Under the pieces are notes generated by a model that searched no databases, was not told where the DNA came from, and worked only from the letters and a program-made list of their open reading frames with translations. Below are positions 36,397 through 47,723 of a DNA stretch of 49,301 bases, one piece after another. A program made the translations under genes and the position numbers. Numbering within the stretch: position 1 is the first letter of the stretch; the number at the start of each line of letters is the position of its first letter. Source of the stretch: an uncultured Ignavibacteriota bacterium (lineage in GTDB: Bacteria; Bacteroidota; Ignavibacteria; UBA10030; UBA8401); the NCBI GenBank assembly GCA_903958625.1, contig CAJBTU010000003.1, forward strand, positions 1 through 49,301, given 5' to 3'.

Positions 36397-37794
36397 ATGT
36401 CAACGGAACCACAGAAGACAACGCTTGCCCGCCGTTTAACGCTTACCAATGCCGTTATGGTCGTCATCGGTTCCGTTATCGGTTCCGGGATATTTCTCAC
36501 ACCGCAGAATGTTGCCGCCCATGTTGATGTTCCGGGATTGATGATCGGCGTCTGGATCCTGACGGGGTTACTCACGCTCGCCGGCGCACTGACAAATGCG
36601 GAGGTCGCCAGTTTAATACCGGAAGCGGGAGGTCAATACGTATTCTTTCGCGTTACGTTCGGACAATTGACCGCTTTTTTGTACGGCTGGACAACATTTA
36701 TCGTGTACCAGACGGGATCCATTGCGGCAATCGCTGTCGCCTTTGCAAAATATCTCGGGTATTTCGTCGATCTCCCGCACCTCGGACCGGAGCTTGAAGC
36801 ATGGCAGCTTCCGCTGCTTGGAAATATTTTTCCGTTGAAAAATATCGGCGTCACCATGGTCGCCATTCTTGCCATCATCACCGTGACAACAATCAATTAT
36901 TTCGGGGTGCAGTTCGGCGGGATGATCCAGAATGTCTTCACGATCCTGAAGGTGGTAGCGATCGGCGCGATTATTGTTCTTGCGTTCTCTTCGGGAAAAG
37001 GGAATGTCGATAATTTCTTTCCTCTGTGGGGTATGCCCTCCTCCGGTTCGCTGCTGGCTGCCGTCGGTATTGCGATGATCGCAACGCTCTGGTCGTACGA
37101 CGGATGGAACTCGCTCACATTTTTAGCGGGTGAGGTGATAGAGCCGCAAAAGAACATTCCGCGCGCACTGATCATTGGAACGCTTTCGGTCATTCTTATT
37201 TACGTTACAACGAATCTTGCATATCTGTACATTCTTCCGATCGGTCAGATCGCGCAATCCAAACTTGTCGCCGCCGATGTCATGAATGCGATCTTCTCCG
37301 GTTGGGGTGGCGCGATTATTTCTGCGATGGTGATGATCTCAACATTCGGCACGGTGAATGCATCGTCGATGACCACCGCCCGTGTTTTCTACGCAATGGC
37401 AAAAGATAAAATGTTCTTTAAGCAAATGGCCGATGTTCATCCGAAGTTCCGCACGCCGAACAAATCCCTCGTCATTCAATGCACCTGGGCATGCATCTTA
37501 TGTCTGACCGGAACGTACGATCAGATCTTTACGTACGTGATCTTTGCAGGGTGGATCTTCTATGCCCTCGGCGGAGCCGCGGTCTTCATATTACGCAGAA
37601 AACAACCCGATGCGGTACGGGCATACAAAGTTCCGTTTTATCCCGTCATTCCCGTTCTCTTCATTATTGTTGCAACGTGGTTTGTGTTTAATACTATTGT
37701 TCAGCAAACAGCAGATTCCATGGTTGGATTATTCCTGGTTGCGGCAGGAATTCCGTTTTATCTCTACTGGAAGAAACAGATGATGAACGCCTAA
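36397..37794 (+). CDS. APC-superfamily amino acid permease (LAT/SteT-like)
   Basis: IGSGIF, AGGQY, WSYDGW, HPKFRTP; AGGAG RBS before ATG 36397. Confidence 0.93.
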   Translation: MSTEPQKTTLARRLTLTNAVMVVIGSVIGSGIFLTPQNVAAHVDVPGLMIGVWILTGLLTLAGALTNAEVASLIPEAGGQYVFFRVTFGQLTAFLYGWTTFIVYQTGSIAAIAVAFAKYLGYFVDLPHLGPELEAWQLPLLGNIFPLKNIGVTMVAILAIITVTTINYFGVQFGGMIQNVFTILKVVAIGAIIVLAFSSGKGNVDNFFPLWGMPSSGSLLAAVGIAMIATLWSYDGWNSLTFLAGEVIEPQKNIPRALIIGTLSVILIYVTTNLAYLYILPIGQIAQSKLVAADVMNAIFSGWGGAIISAMVMISTFGTVNASSMTTARVFYAMAKDKMFFKQMADVHPKFRTPNKSLVIQCTWACILCLTGTYDQIFTYVIFAGWIFYALGGAAVFILRRKQPDAVRAYKVPFYPVIPVLFIIVATWFVFNTIVQQTADSMVGLFLVAAGIPFYLYWKKQMMNA

Positions 37795-37817
37795 TACCGG
37801 TAAAAGTAGCTGCCAAC

Positions 37818-37854
37818 AAAAAACCCGTTCCGATGATACCGGAACGGGTTTTTT
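37818..37854. terminator. Bidirectional rho-independent terminator
   Basis: AAAAAACCCGTTCCG-atgatac-CGGAACGGGTTTTTT perfect 15-bp stem. Confidence 0.9.
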
Positions 37855-37874
37855 ATTTACGGACAATTTATTCT

Positions 37875-40800
37875 TTAGAAGTCTCCGCCGAGCGAAAAAT
37901 AATATTTCGGAACCGAAAACCCTGCACCGTTATACGACCATGCTACATCAATCTTCAGTGGAAGTCCGAACAGGAACATCCGAACTCCCATACCCGTGCC
38001 GATCAGCAGGTCTTGCGTAGCGCTTTTTCCCTGAGAATCCTTTCCAAATCCGCGGAAGGCTTTCTCTCGTGTCCAGGAGGAACCAACATCGAGAAATGTT
38101 GCACCGGTAATATTGCCAAGGGCAATAGGAAGGCCGCCGGTCACCAGATATTGGATGAACGGATACCGCAGTTCATAATTCATCAGCGCGAACTTTGTTC
38201 CGTTCTTCACGTTGTAATTGAAGCCGCGCATCGGCAGCGCCGGTGTTAGGAAGGCAAAATCTTCGATGTTGACGATCGGAATGCCGCCGTTCTCGAATTC
38301 CCGGTTGATCCATCCGTCCGTTCCGCCAATGAAGAACCGTTGAGCATTCTTTCCAACGCTGACTCCGCCGGAATACCGCAGGACGAATGAATAGTTCTTC
38401 CAGAATTTGAAGTATGTCCGGTAATCCGCCGTATAGGTCTGAAAGTCCAGCGAATTGCTCCCCAACTTCGGACTGATCATGGCGTTGATATTGTAGCGGG
38501 AACCGTTGTTCGGAGAAGTGTATCCCCACAGCGTATTGTCGTGAACAAAACTTACCGTGGGAATAATGAGTTCCCTCTTCTGGTTCGGACTGGCCGAGTA
38601 TTCAAGATTTTCTCTGAGCAGATTCATCCAGGAAATTCCAAACTCGAACCGGTTGAAACGGTCGAGAGGCATCGATGCCGTTCCGGCTATTCCCCACGTG
38701 CGGAAACGATAAAGTGCTATACCGAACGCATCCTCAAGATACAGGAACCGCGCACTGTGATATCCCTGAATTCCATAGTCGATGAATGCCGGCAGATAAT
38801 AGTAGGCAAGCACATAGTCGCTGTTCTTCAGATCGAGAAGCAGATTGGTAAGGAAATAGATCTGATGATCGCCGAGCATATCGCTGAACGCCATCATCGT
38901 TGTTCCCTGAACACCGTAGAACGTACTGAATGCCGCATTTCCATACACGATATCCGGCGAAAAATTCAGCTTATATTTGTTGACAACAAAATTGCTGTCC
39001 TCATCCATATTGCCGGAAATGGATAGCGATTTTGTGCTGAGTGCCGGAACATATTCCGATTCTTGCGGTTTGGCCGCATCATCGTTAAAGATGTAATGGT
39101 TAAAGTCGATACGGACATTGTCGCCGTACACATTTGTCGTATCACTCTTTGTTTCGGTCACTGTCTGCACGGAGGACGAATCAATTTTTTTATTCACCAA
39201 ACGGTTCTTCCGCTTCACATATTCCGTCGGTTCGATCTGAGCGCTGTCAAATTTTTTTTCAAACGGCGTCTTCAGCAGGAAGATATCGAATCCAGCCTGA
39301 TCCAATGCCGAAAATGCGAGTTTATTCCCGTCGGACGAAAGTGAAAGCTGATAGACGCCGGTGATCGAGTTTGTGATCGGCCTGTCCTGCCCTGTCACAA
39401 GATTCCGCTCATACACGTTACCGTTGCCGTTCCGATCGGACACATACAATAATTTCTTAGCGTCGGCCGAAACAACAGGAGATGTCTCGTCGCTCTCTTC
39501 GTCGTTCGTAATGCGCAAGATCGCACCGCTGGCCACATCGAGCGAATACAGATCCAGTTGCTTATACCGGGAGCGGACAATTCTAAAATTCGCCGGAAGC
39601 ATGTTCCGCGAAAGATTGTCGCCGCGATCCGAAACAAAAAATATCGTTTTGCCGTCAGGCGACCATACCGGGTCGGAATCGGAGAAAATGTCTTCCGTAA
39701 GATTCTTCAGTTCTTTTGTTGCAATATCATAGGTATAAATATCGGACTGATACGATGTGTTTCCGACAAAAACAAGCTTGTCCCCGGAGTGCGACCAATC
39801 AACCGTGAATATCCCTTCCAGGTCGATGGCGATCTTTTCTTCATCGCCGCTGCTTACATCGATCAGATAGATCGCATCACGCTCACCGCTCTTTGCCGAA
39901 AGGGCAATTTTTTTTCCGTCCGGCGACCAGCACATGCCGGGGGTGAGCAGATGGAGTTCCTCAAAATTCTTCGTCCTCTGCCCGTCCACCAGTTTCGTAA
40001 CTTTGTTATCGATCGTGGACATGATATAGACGTCGAAATAATCATCCCTGTCCGAAATAAAAGCCACCTTATCACCCTGCGGTGAAATTGCGGGACTGGT
40101 GTTATAAAAATTGTTTTCTTTCACGTGATTGGTCAAACGGCTCGCAAAATCCTCCGGTTCTTCCCGTTTAGCAACATCGGGCCAGTAGAGAACCTTCTGC
40201 TCTTTGTGCCACCGTTCGGAAAGTTCTTCCACGGTCAACCCAAGTGCGCTTTTGAATCCGGCATCCACATTGCGCAGACTCTTCACTCGGTGCAGAATTT
40301 CGGCGATCTTCTGTTCCCCGTATTTGTTGGCGATATAATAGAACACGGATTGACCGCCGCGATAGGCAAAATACCCGCCGAGCATTTCGATGGGAGGAAG
40401 ATATGTGTGGATCGTGGCATCGCGCATGAACATATCGGAATTCGTATCCCATTTCAGCGCTTCGTATTCCGCAAAACCTTCGCTGATCCACATGGGAAGC
40501 TGCAGGCGGATATTGTTCGAAATGATGGATTGGATCGAACCGCCGTAGAACATGTCGTTCATTACGGCATGCACCAGTTCATGATGGATCACATGCCGGA
40601 ACTGGCGGTAACTTCCTTCGAACGGAAGGACGACGCGGTTTTTAAACAGCTCCGTAACACCGCCGATCCCCTCTTCCATATATTCTCCGACAACATTGGT
40701 CTGCTGGAAATCGTTGTGCGAATTGTATACCATAATGGCAATGCGGTTGTTCAATTGATACCGCATTGTTGTACTGATGGACGTATAGGCCGACTCCGCC

Positions 40801-40979
40801 GCAATCGCCGTAAAGTTGGCGATGGATGCACCGCCGTCGTAGAAATAGATATCAAAATGGTTCGTTTGAATGAACGACCATTTGAACGGCTTATATTGCA
40901 CCTTATTTTTTCCAAAGTTCCCGTCCTGCCCAAAAAGCAATGCTGAGAACAGAACGATACCGATGAATATTTTTTTCAT
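37875..40979 (-). CDS. Omp85/BamA-family outer membrane protein with N-terminal MA-clan metallopeptidase domain and PD40/TolB-like beta-propeller
   Basis: HHELVH plus EGFAEY gluzincin motifs; SPQG/SPDG propeller repeats; C-terminal MRGF (VRGF-like), ELRYP, FLDVG, DVAW, YFSLGGDF; likely start ATG 40979. Confidence 0.85.
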   Translation of the reverse strand: MKKIFIGIVLFSALLFGQDGNFGKNKVQYKPFKWSFIQTNHFDIYFYDGGASIANFTAIAAESAYTSISTTMRYQLNNRIAIMVYNSHNDFQQTNVVGEYMEEGIGGVTELFKNRVVLPFEGSYRQFRHVIHHELVHAVMNDMFYGGSIQSIISNNIRLQLPMWISEGFAEYEALKWDTNSDMFMRDATIHTYLPPIEMLGGYFAYRGGQSVFYYIANKYGEQKIAEILHRVKSLRNVDAGFKSALGLTVEELSERWHKEQKVLYWPDVAKREEPEDFASRLTNHVKENNFYNTSPAISPQGDKVAFISDRDDYFDVYIMSTIDNKVTKLVDGQRTKNFEELHLLTPGMCWSPDGKKIALSAKSGERDAIYLIDVSSGDEEKIAIDLEGIFTVDWSHSGDKLVFVGNTSYQSDIYTYDIATKELKNLTEDIFSDSDPVWSPDGKTIFFVSDRGDNLSRNMLPANFRIVRSRYKQLDLYSLDVASGAILRITNDEESDETSPVVSADAKKLLYVSDRNGNGNVYERNLVTGQDRPITNSITGVYQLSLSSDGNKLAFSALDQAGFDIFLLKTPFEKKFDSAQIEPTEYVKRKNRLVNKKIDSSSVQTVTETKSDTTNVYGDNVRIDFNHYIFNDDAAKPQESEYVPALSTKSLSISGNMDEDSNFVVNKYKLNFSPDIVYGNAAFSTFYGVQGTTMMAFSDMLGDHQIYFLTNLLLDLKNSDYVLAYYYLPAFIDYGIQGYHSARFLYLEDAFGIALYRFRTWGIAGTASMPLDRFNRFEFGISWMNLLRENLEYSASPNQKRELIIPTVSFVHDNTLWGYTSPNNGSRYNINAMISPKLGSNSLDFQTYTADYRTYFKFWKNYSFVLRYSGGVSVGKNAQRFFIGGTDGWINREFENGGIPIVNIEDFAFLTPALPMRGFNYNVKNGTKFALMNYELRYPFIQYLVTGGLPIALGNITGATFLDVGSSWTREKAFRGFGKDSQGKSATQDLLIGTGMGVRMFLFGLPLKIDVAWSYNGAGFSVPKYYFSLGGDF

Positions 40980-41029
40980 TCCTACCCCGTTGGTTCTTCT
41001 TCTACAAATAGAACACATCCGCAAGCACG

Positions 41030-43204
41030 TTAATTCCTGCGCTGTTTTCCTTTTTTTCTTTTTCCGCCCTCTTTAATATCTGTTTCCGCAAGAACAAAAT
41101 CAATCTGCCGGCGTTCCGGCGTCACTTTTGCCACCTTTACCGTTATGGAATCGCCGAGACGAAGGCGTTTTCCTTTTCGTTCTCCCACCAGCGAATATTG
41201 TTTCTCGTCGAATACGTAATAATCGTCATTCAAATCGCGCACATGCAGCATTCCCTCAACAAGAATGTCGTTGATCTCCACAAAGACGCCGTATTGAATG
41301 ACGCCGGAAATGATCCCTTCAAACTCGGCGCCGAGATGCTGACGCATATATTCCACCTGCATCACCTTCACGGAATCGCGCTCCGCTTCCGCGGCAACTT
41401 TCTCCCGTTCCGAACAATGCTTGCACATTGCCGGCAGTTCCTTTTTCATCGACTGCTTTCTTTTTTCATTCATCCCCTCAGTGTAATCCCACAGAAGGCG
41501 GTGAACCAGAAGATCGGGATACCGGCGTATCGGCGAAGTGAAATGGGAATAAAACTCGAACGCCAGGCCGAAGTGCCCGATGTTGTCGGTCGAATAGACT
41601 GCTTTTGCCATGCTTCTCAGCGCCACTTCGCTGATAAGATTCTCTTCTTTCGTTCCCTGGATCTCAACAAGAAGGCGCTGCAATTCCTTAGACGAAGATG
41701 ATTGCGTAATGTTTAATTTATGTCCGAACTTTCTGACAAATTCTTCAAGGGTCTTGAGCTTTTCCTTGTCCGGCTGGTCGTGAATACGATAGACGAACGG
41801 AAGTATCTCCCCATCTTTTTGCAGTGTAGAGATATAGGTTGCAACCGTTTGATTTGCCAGCAGCATGCATTCTTCTACCAATTGATGACTCTTCAAACGC
41901 TTTTTAATGAAGATGTCGGCCGGTTTTCCTTTTTCATCGTACGTAAACTTTGCTTCGGGCGAATCAAAGTCGAGGCTGCCGTTCTTCATCCGGTTCTTCC
42001 GCAGCGTTTTTGCGGCGGTCCAAAGATGTTTCAGTTCATCCGAATATTCTCCCGATCCGGCATCAAGAATCTTTTCCGCTTCTTCATACGAGAATCGTTT
42101 ATTCGAATTGATCACGCTCCGCGCAAACTCATATTTCCGCACTCTTCCTTTTTCCGTCACATGCATGAAGACGGTATAGGTCAGACGGTCCTTGTGCGGT
42201 ACGAGACTGCAGATATTGTTGGAAAGTTTTTCCGGCAGCATGGGAATTACCTGATTGGCAAGATACACGCTTGTTCCGCGCGCGAACGCCTCCTGATCCA
42301 ATATGCTCCCTTCGGTCACATACGCACTCACATCGGCAATATGAACACCGATCCGGAAAGAACCCCCTTCCAGCATTTCGATTGAAAGAGCATCGTCAAA
42401 ATCCTTGGCGTCATGCGGATCGATGGTAAGAACAACGGTCTTGCGGAGATCAAGGCGACGAGCGATCTCTTCTTTCGGAATTTCTGACGGAATACTTGCC
42501 GCAGCCTGTTCCACTTCTTTGGGGAACGATGTCGGCAGGCGGTACGTTTGGATCACCGAACGCAGTTCGACGAACGGATCGCCGGCCGCGCCGAGCGTAG
42601 AAATGATCCGGCCTTCGGGATTTTTGTACGGATCGTCCCATTCCAGCAGTTCCACTAGAACTTTATCGCCGGACTCCGCACCGTTCAAATCTTCGGGAGC
42701 AATATAAAAATCGCGCTTTACCGTCGGATCGTCGGGAAGAACAAAATAAAAATTCTTACTCTTCTGCAGCGTTCCGCCGAACTGTGTGTGAGCGCGGGAG
42801 AGCACATTCAGCACTTCACCCGTATCCGGCGTTCCTTCACTTTTTTTGGATTTTTTTGAGACGAAGACTGCCGCTTCAACAACATCACCATTGAACGCCG
42901 TATGGAGCGACTGCTTATCGATAATGATCTCACCGCGCGCAGTGGTAACGACACCGTTTCCGCGTTTGTCAATTTTTACCGTTCCCTGAATCCGGTTGGA
43001 GGTGGAAGCGATGTGATATCCCCGTTGTTTCGTCCAGGTCAACACACCTTCATCGACCATGGCATGAAGAACGTCGCGGAGATCCTGAAATTCGTCCTCT
43101 CCCGACATCCGGAATACTCTTCTCAGCTGGCGTGATTTGAATCCATCTTTCGAGCGCTTGGAAAGATAGGCGATGATCTGATCGCGAAGTTGATTTGTTT
43201 TCAT
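41030..43204 (-). CDS. rnr: Ribonuclease R
   Basis: TIDPHDAKDFDDA, HIADVS, HFTSPIRRYPDL, C-terminal S1 domain with basic tail; likely start ATG 43204. Confidence 0.96.
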   Translation of the reverse strand: MKTNQLRDQIIAYLSKRSKDGFKSRQLRRVFRMSGEDEFQDLRDVLHAMVDEGVLTWTKQRGYHIASTSNRIQGTVKIDKRGNGVVTTARGEIIIDKQSLHTAFNGDVVEAAVFVSKKSKKSEGTPDTGEVLNVLSRAHTQFGGTLQKSKNFYFVLPDDPTVKRDFYIAPEDLNGAESGDKVLVELLEWDDPYKNPEGRIISTLGAAGDPFVELRSVIQTYRLPTSFPKEVEQAAASIPSEIPKEEIARRLDLRKTVVLTIDPHDAKDFDDALSIEMLEGGSFRIGVHIADVSAYVTEGSILDQEAFARGTSVYLANQVIPMLPEKLSNNICSLVPHKDRLTYTVFMHVTEKGRVRKYEFARSVINSNKRFSYEEAEKILDAGSGEYSDELKHLWTAAKTLRKNRMKNGSLDFDSPEAKFTYDEKGKPADIFIKKRLKSHQLVEECMLLANQTVATYISTLQKDGEILPFVYRIHDQPDKEKLKTLEEFVRKFGHKLNITQSSSSKELQRLLVEIQGTKEENLISEVALRSMAKAVYSTDNIGHFGLAFEFYSHFTSPIRRYPDLLVHRLLWDYTEGMNEKRKQSMKKELPAMCKHCSEREKVAAEAERDSVKVMQVEYMRQHLGAEFEGIISGVIQYGVFVEINDILVEGMLHVRDLNDDYYVFDEKQYSLVGERKGKRLRLGDSITVKVAKVTPERRQIDFVLAETDIKEGGKRKKGKQRRN

Positions 43205-43214
43205 AGTATTTTTT

Positions 43215-46200
43215 TTAGAATGAAAAGCGATAGAAAACACGGGCGCCGAGAATTGCGTTCGCTTTTATTGCATAGTCGGAATTCTCAATTTTTCTCTCGA
43301 CTTCAAACATGAAATTACGGTTCTGCCGGCCAAGCACCGGCACCTGAATGCTGATATTCGTATTGTTGACATCGTTAAAGACGCGCCCGCCGACATTGAA
43401 CACGGCATCCAACAACTCGCCGGTGATATTGATGTCGGTTTCTGTTGTCACGTTGCGCAGCTCCACGCGTTTCACGAACGGAATATCATTTTCTTTGATG
43501 AAGTCCATAACAACACCGGAAAGCAGACTGTTGATGAATGTTCCGCCGATCGCTTCCGTCAATTGGTTCCCCAGCCGATTCCGGTCATAGGTGGATAATT
43601 CTTCCCGGAATTGGCCGGATTTGTTGGAAGACGAAGTAAGTAAAAATGCAATGGCATCATTTTCTACGTCGCCCAGCCTCGGTATTTCCCTGCCGCTTAA
43701 ATCGATTGTCGCCAGCCCGATCTTTAGTTTCGGCGAGAGCCGGTTTCCGGTGATCGCCAGCGAGACCACGACCTTTTCGGGCGGTTCCTTGCAGTCCCCT
43801 TTATCGAGGTCGGGATTTTTACAATGTGTGCCTTCATATTTTGCGAGAATATTCAATTGCGGATTCTGCGGATCTCCCACAAACGTCAGCGATCCTGTTG
43901 CTTTGAATTCCTTGTAGAACTTATAGTTTGAACCATCGCCGACATTGATCGTTCCGGTAAGCTGCTGACCTGCTTCATCTTTTTTCAGCACCATCTTTCC
44001 GTTCAGTTCGGCATATAATTCTTCATACGCTCCTGCATCGGCACTGAAGATCATTTGCACGCGGACATTCCCCTGAGTTTGTATCGTCAGTTCGTAACCG
44101 AATCCGTCAAGGAACGTCCGCTCGCTGCTTTGTGATTTTACGGCCGGCGCCGTAATCTGAAGGAGCTTTTGCACCACGGCCGTATCCACGAACAAACGGG
44201 TCGTATCATCAACAAAGATCACGTCCTCAAAGCGCGCCGAAGAGAATGAAGCAGATTGCTGTGTGGGCGGGAACGTGATGAACGCATCCTGAACCAGCAC
44301 TTCCCCGATGATCCGTGAACGTTCAAATGATCCTTCAAATTTTATTCCGGTCTCCCCCGTTCGCGCGATCAATTTCCCGAAGAATGATTGACCCGGAGTG
44401 CGCGAAGCATCGGTGAGCACAAGTAATTCTCCGTTCATATTAAGATGATATTCGGAAGGAGCAAATCCTTTCAGATGAATGAATCCTCCTACGGCCATGG
44501 ATCCGTCGGTATAATCCCTGGTGCTATTGCTGATCTTGAAATCGGGAAACCTTATCTTTTGGCTGTCCAGAGCGATTTGGCCGGCAACATTGTATTCAAT
44601 ACCGGTCATCTCCAAACGGAATGATCCCTCACGCAGCTGCAGCGAACCATTCATTAAGGGTGCATCAAGCGAACCGGTAAGATTGACCGCTCCGTCAGCT
44701 TTCCCGGACATACGATCGATCTCCGGCACGAAGATGTCGAACATTCCAACCGGCAGATTGGCGGCTGTCAATTGAACATCCATCCCCTGTAAATTTGTCC
44801 GTTCTTCTACCGCCGTAAAACTGAGGTCGATCGGCACGACACCTTCAAGTTCAAAACTGGTCAGTGTATCCGTTTTTTGTTTGTTATTCAACTCTATCTT
44901 TATTCCTGCTTTTTTCTTCGCATAATTCAATACGCCATCAAGATCACCAAAACTGCTGTTACGGTAAGAGATATCCTTCCCTTCCAGCTGCGAAATAATG
45001 ATCGGGCTCTCAACGGTTCCGGTTATTGTTACCGCTCCGTCGATCGTACCACCCAAAGCAAACGCCTGTTCTCTGAATTCGTGAGAGGTGTTGACAAAAA
45101 AGATATCGGATAATGCAAAATTCTTGATGGATGCGTTCAACAAAATCGCTCCACGGTAATCATATGTTCCTTTTACGACGAACTTTTCTTCACCACGGAT
45201 AAAAACCGATGAGTCGATGGTGATGCCGTTCTGCGTTTCGGAGAGAACAAACGGGGTCATGTTTTGGATCGAAAAGCCCTGGTATTTTGCATAGAATCCG
45301 GAAATTATAAAACGATTCTCAAGATCCGACACTTCAATTTTTCCGTCCACCGCTGCGCTAACCGTGGTATCGATGTCGGTTGCGGCAAAATAGTTTCCTT
45401 TTTGATCGTGGAAATCAAAATCGAGTTTCATTAAACGAAAAGCGGTATTGTTCACCTTCAGTTCATCCCCCGTGAACTGTATGTTCACTTTGAGTGAATC
45501 ATTCGGCGAGATCAGCTGCGGCGGAGAGATATTTTCCAGCGTATAATCAAGACTGGCATTGCGCAGCCGTATGTTTGCCGATGTATCAGCATAACTGCCG
45601 CGGGTAAGTTGAATGGTGCCGGAGGAGGAGGAATATACAGTGTCGCTATGAATTATTCCTTTCGCCGTTCCAACAAGGTCCAGTTCCGGAAACCGGAAGA
45701 ATATCGACAGCGGTTTCAGGTTCTTCATCTGCAGATCGTAAGAAAGTGAGCTTTCCTTCAGCGGATAGGTATTTTGTTTTTCTACGGTATCCTTTTGCAC
45801 CAGCAGTGTTGAATCGATGATCCCCCGTTGATAAGCATACACTTTCTCAAAACCGGCAAGATGTGTCTGCACATTGTTCACAATATCGCCGATGGTGAAT
45901 TTTCCCTTCACCTCGCCGTCAACCAAAGGGGACCGCACAACAAGATGATCAGTATTAGTGGAATCCTTCAGCCATTTCAATATGACCTGGGCACTGTCGA
46001 ACGACATTCCATTGAAATTTGAACGATGAATATCGATCCTGGTATCGGAAACATTATTAAAGAGCGATATCCCTTTCCCGGAACGTTCGATATCGAATGA
46101 CAGGTCCGATGTATAATACTCATCCCGAACGATCGGACCAAGATTTAACCCGCGCACTTTTCCCGAAAGGACATACTCCGGAATGTTTTCATCCTGAAAA

Positions 46201-47720
46201 TCGATCAGTGTTTTCAGCAGGATATTGCCAACGGGTGATTGAACGGCGATATCGCTGTTGATCTTTTTTTCGTTTGCCTTCAGGGAAACCGTGGTCCTGT
46301 TCAGCGGAATGTTCCGGAACGTGGAGGAATCTATCTGTATGGTCGCTTCAGCATTCAATGTGCCGAGGGAAACTCCGTCTCCTTCAATAAATATTCGTGT
46401 GTTCAAACGGGACGCAAGATCATTCGTGGCAAAGATCTTTTCCAAATTCACATCGTTCCCGGCAAGAATCCCTTTATAGTGAATATTCTCTTCCGTGATC
46501 ACCATTTGTCCGTCAACGGTAATGGTCCCCGCTGCCGAGGTGATCTTGGATATGGCAAGAAAATCGAGCGGTTTGCCCACAAATTGAAAATCCAGCGTAA
46601 CAAGACCAATGTCCGAATAGTCCGGAATGCTGTAATACGGCAACAGCGCCGTAACATCCGATGGTTGTATGGTGCTTTTTGTTGAGACAATATTCAAACG
46701 CAGTTCTTCCGGTTTATAGACGTTCGATACCGAACCCGAAAGCGAAACCGAGGAACTGCCAAATTGAGCGTTCAAACTTTTCACCGAAATATTCTCGAAG
46801 TTCCCCTCCATTTCGCCGTCAAAAAGTACGTTTCCTTCCACAAAATCCAGCGACGGAAGGAATACCTGGATATCTCTTGACAGGATATTTGACGGCAAGA
46901 CCGCGAGCGTCAAATGTCCCCGGCGAAGATCTTCCGTTTTACTGATCGCGAATGCATCAAGATTATCCATTGAAACGGATGTTTTGATGGATGAACCCGG
47001 CGTTGAAATGACAAGGTTTTTAATAGAACTTCGCGTTGAGGTACGGTATAGATCGGCGGAAAGCTGCCGCAGAATGAAATGCTCTTTCGGGGAGACAAAG
47101 GAACAATGCGTGATCCCGACATCCAATTTCCGTTCAGAATACATCCCGTGCAAGTCGATATCGATCTTTTCCAGGTCAATATTGCGGTAGTTGATGCTCG
47201 GTCTGCCGTTCCGGTCAACGATCGTCCGGTCGAATTCCCCCGTTGAATCGGTAAGATGAAACTTCGCGTTGACGATCTTCACTCTACCGGCCGTGACGAT
47301 CAGCGACGATTCAGTGGAGTCTTCGCTCGGCGGATTCTTTGCCAGACGGTTCACATTCCATTCGCCGTTTTTCCACCGTGTAAGATTAACGATCGCATTT
47401 TCCAGCGTTAATGTGTCAATGGTGATCCTGTTGCTGATAATATCAAACAAGCGGTAACGGACGGAGAGTTTCCCTGCTTCCAGAAAAGGGGCGTGGTCCA
47501 CATACATCATTACGGTATCAACGGTGAAACCATTGATGAGATTTCCATCGATCTCACCGATGTAGATATCCGCATTGACCTCTTTTGCAAGGTAGGTATA
47601 TAGTGTTGAACGGAGCGTTGCGCGGAACATCGGGGTTTGTGAGAACAGCGCCAGTCCTGCCGCAAACAGAAGTGCGGTAAGGAAAGAATAGAAAAGTATT
47701 TTTGTGACTTTTTTTGTCAT
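43215..47720 (-). CDS. tamB: TamB/AsmA-like translocation and assembly module protein (DUF490 C-terminus)
   Basis: Single N-terminal anchor, ~1500-aa beta-rich repeats (GTVESP, GSLDAP, FVGDPQNPQLNI), C-terminal GARVFYRFSF. Confidence 0.82.
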   Translation of the reverse strand: MTKKVTKILFYSFLTALLFAAGLALFSQTPMFRATLRSTLYTYLAKEVNADIYIGEIDGNLINGFTVDTVMMYVDHAPFLEAGKLSVRYRLFDIISNRITIDTLTLENAIVNLTRWKNGEWNVNRLAKNPPSEDSTESSLIVTAGRVKIVNAKFHLTDSTGEFDRTIVDRNGRPSINYRNIDLEKIDIDLHGMYSERKLDVGITHCSFVSPKEHFILRQLSADLYRTSTRSSIKNLVISTPGSSIKTSVSMDNLDAFAISKTEDLRRGHLTLAVLPSNILSRDIQVFLPSLDFVEGNVLFDGEMEGNFENISVKSLNAQFGSSSVSLSGSVSNVYKPEELRLNIVSTKSTIQPSDVTALLPYYSIPDYSDIGLVTLDFQFVGKPLDFLAISKITSAAGTITVDGQMVITEENIHYKGILAGNDVNLEKIFATNDLASRLNTRIFIEGDGVSLGTLNAEATIQIDSSTFRNIPLNRTTVSLKANEKKINSDIAVQSPVGNILLKTLIDFQDENIPEYVLSGKVRGLNLGPIVRDEYYTSDLSFDIERSGKGISLFNNVSDTRIDIHRSNFNGMSFDSAQVILKWLKDSTNTDHLVVRSPLVDGEVKGKFTIGDIVNNVQTHLAGFEKVYAYQRGIIDSTLLVQKDTVEKQNTYPLKESSLSYDLQMKNLKPLSIFFRFPELDLVGTAKGIIHSDTVYSSSSGTIQLTRGSYADTSANIRLRNASLDYTLENISPPQLISPNDSLKVNIQFTGDELKVNNTAFRLMKLDFDFHDQKGNYFAATDIDTTVSAAVDGKIEVSDLENRFIISGFYAKYQGFSIQNMTPFVLSETQNGITIDSSVFIRGEEKFVVKGTYDYRGAILLNASIKNFALSDIFFVNTSHEFREQAFALGGTIDGAVTITGTVESPIIISQLEGKDISYRNSSFGDLDGVLNYAKKKAGIKIELNNKQKTDTLTSFELEGVVPIDLSFTAVEERTNLQGMDVQLTAANLPVGMFDIFVPEIDRMSGKADGAVNLTGSLDAPLMNGSLQLREGSFRLEMTGIEYNVAGQIALDSQKIRFPDFKISNSTRDYTDGSMAVGGFIHLKGFAPSEYHLNMNGELLVLTDASRTPGQSFFGKLIARTGETGIKFEGSFERSRIIGEVLVQDAFITFPPTQQSASFSSARFEDVIFVDDTTRLFVDTAVVQKLLQITAPAVKSQSSERTFLDGFGYELTIQTQGNVRVQMIFSADAGAYEELYAELNGKMVLKKDEAGQQLTGTINVGDGSNYKFYKEFKATGSLTFVGDPQNPQLNILAKYEGTHCKNPDLDKGDCKEPPEKVVVSLAITGNRLSPKLKIGLATIDLSGREIPRLGDVENDAIAFLLTSSSNKSGQFREELSTYDRNRLGNQLTEAIGGTFINSLLSGVVMDFIKENDIPFVKRVELRNVTTETDINITGELLDAVFNVGGRVFNDVNNTNISIQVPVLGRQNRNFMFEVERKIENSDYAIKANAILGARVFYRFSF

Positions 47721-47723
47721 TAT

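Noticed and set aside
39558-42385. Several 160-270-aa + strand ORFs (e.g. 40125-40946, 41720-42385)
   Set aside because: Antisense shadows of the Omp85 fusion gene and rnr; no independent coding evidence.
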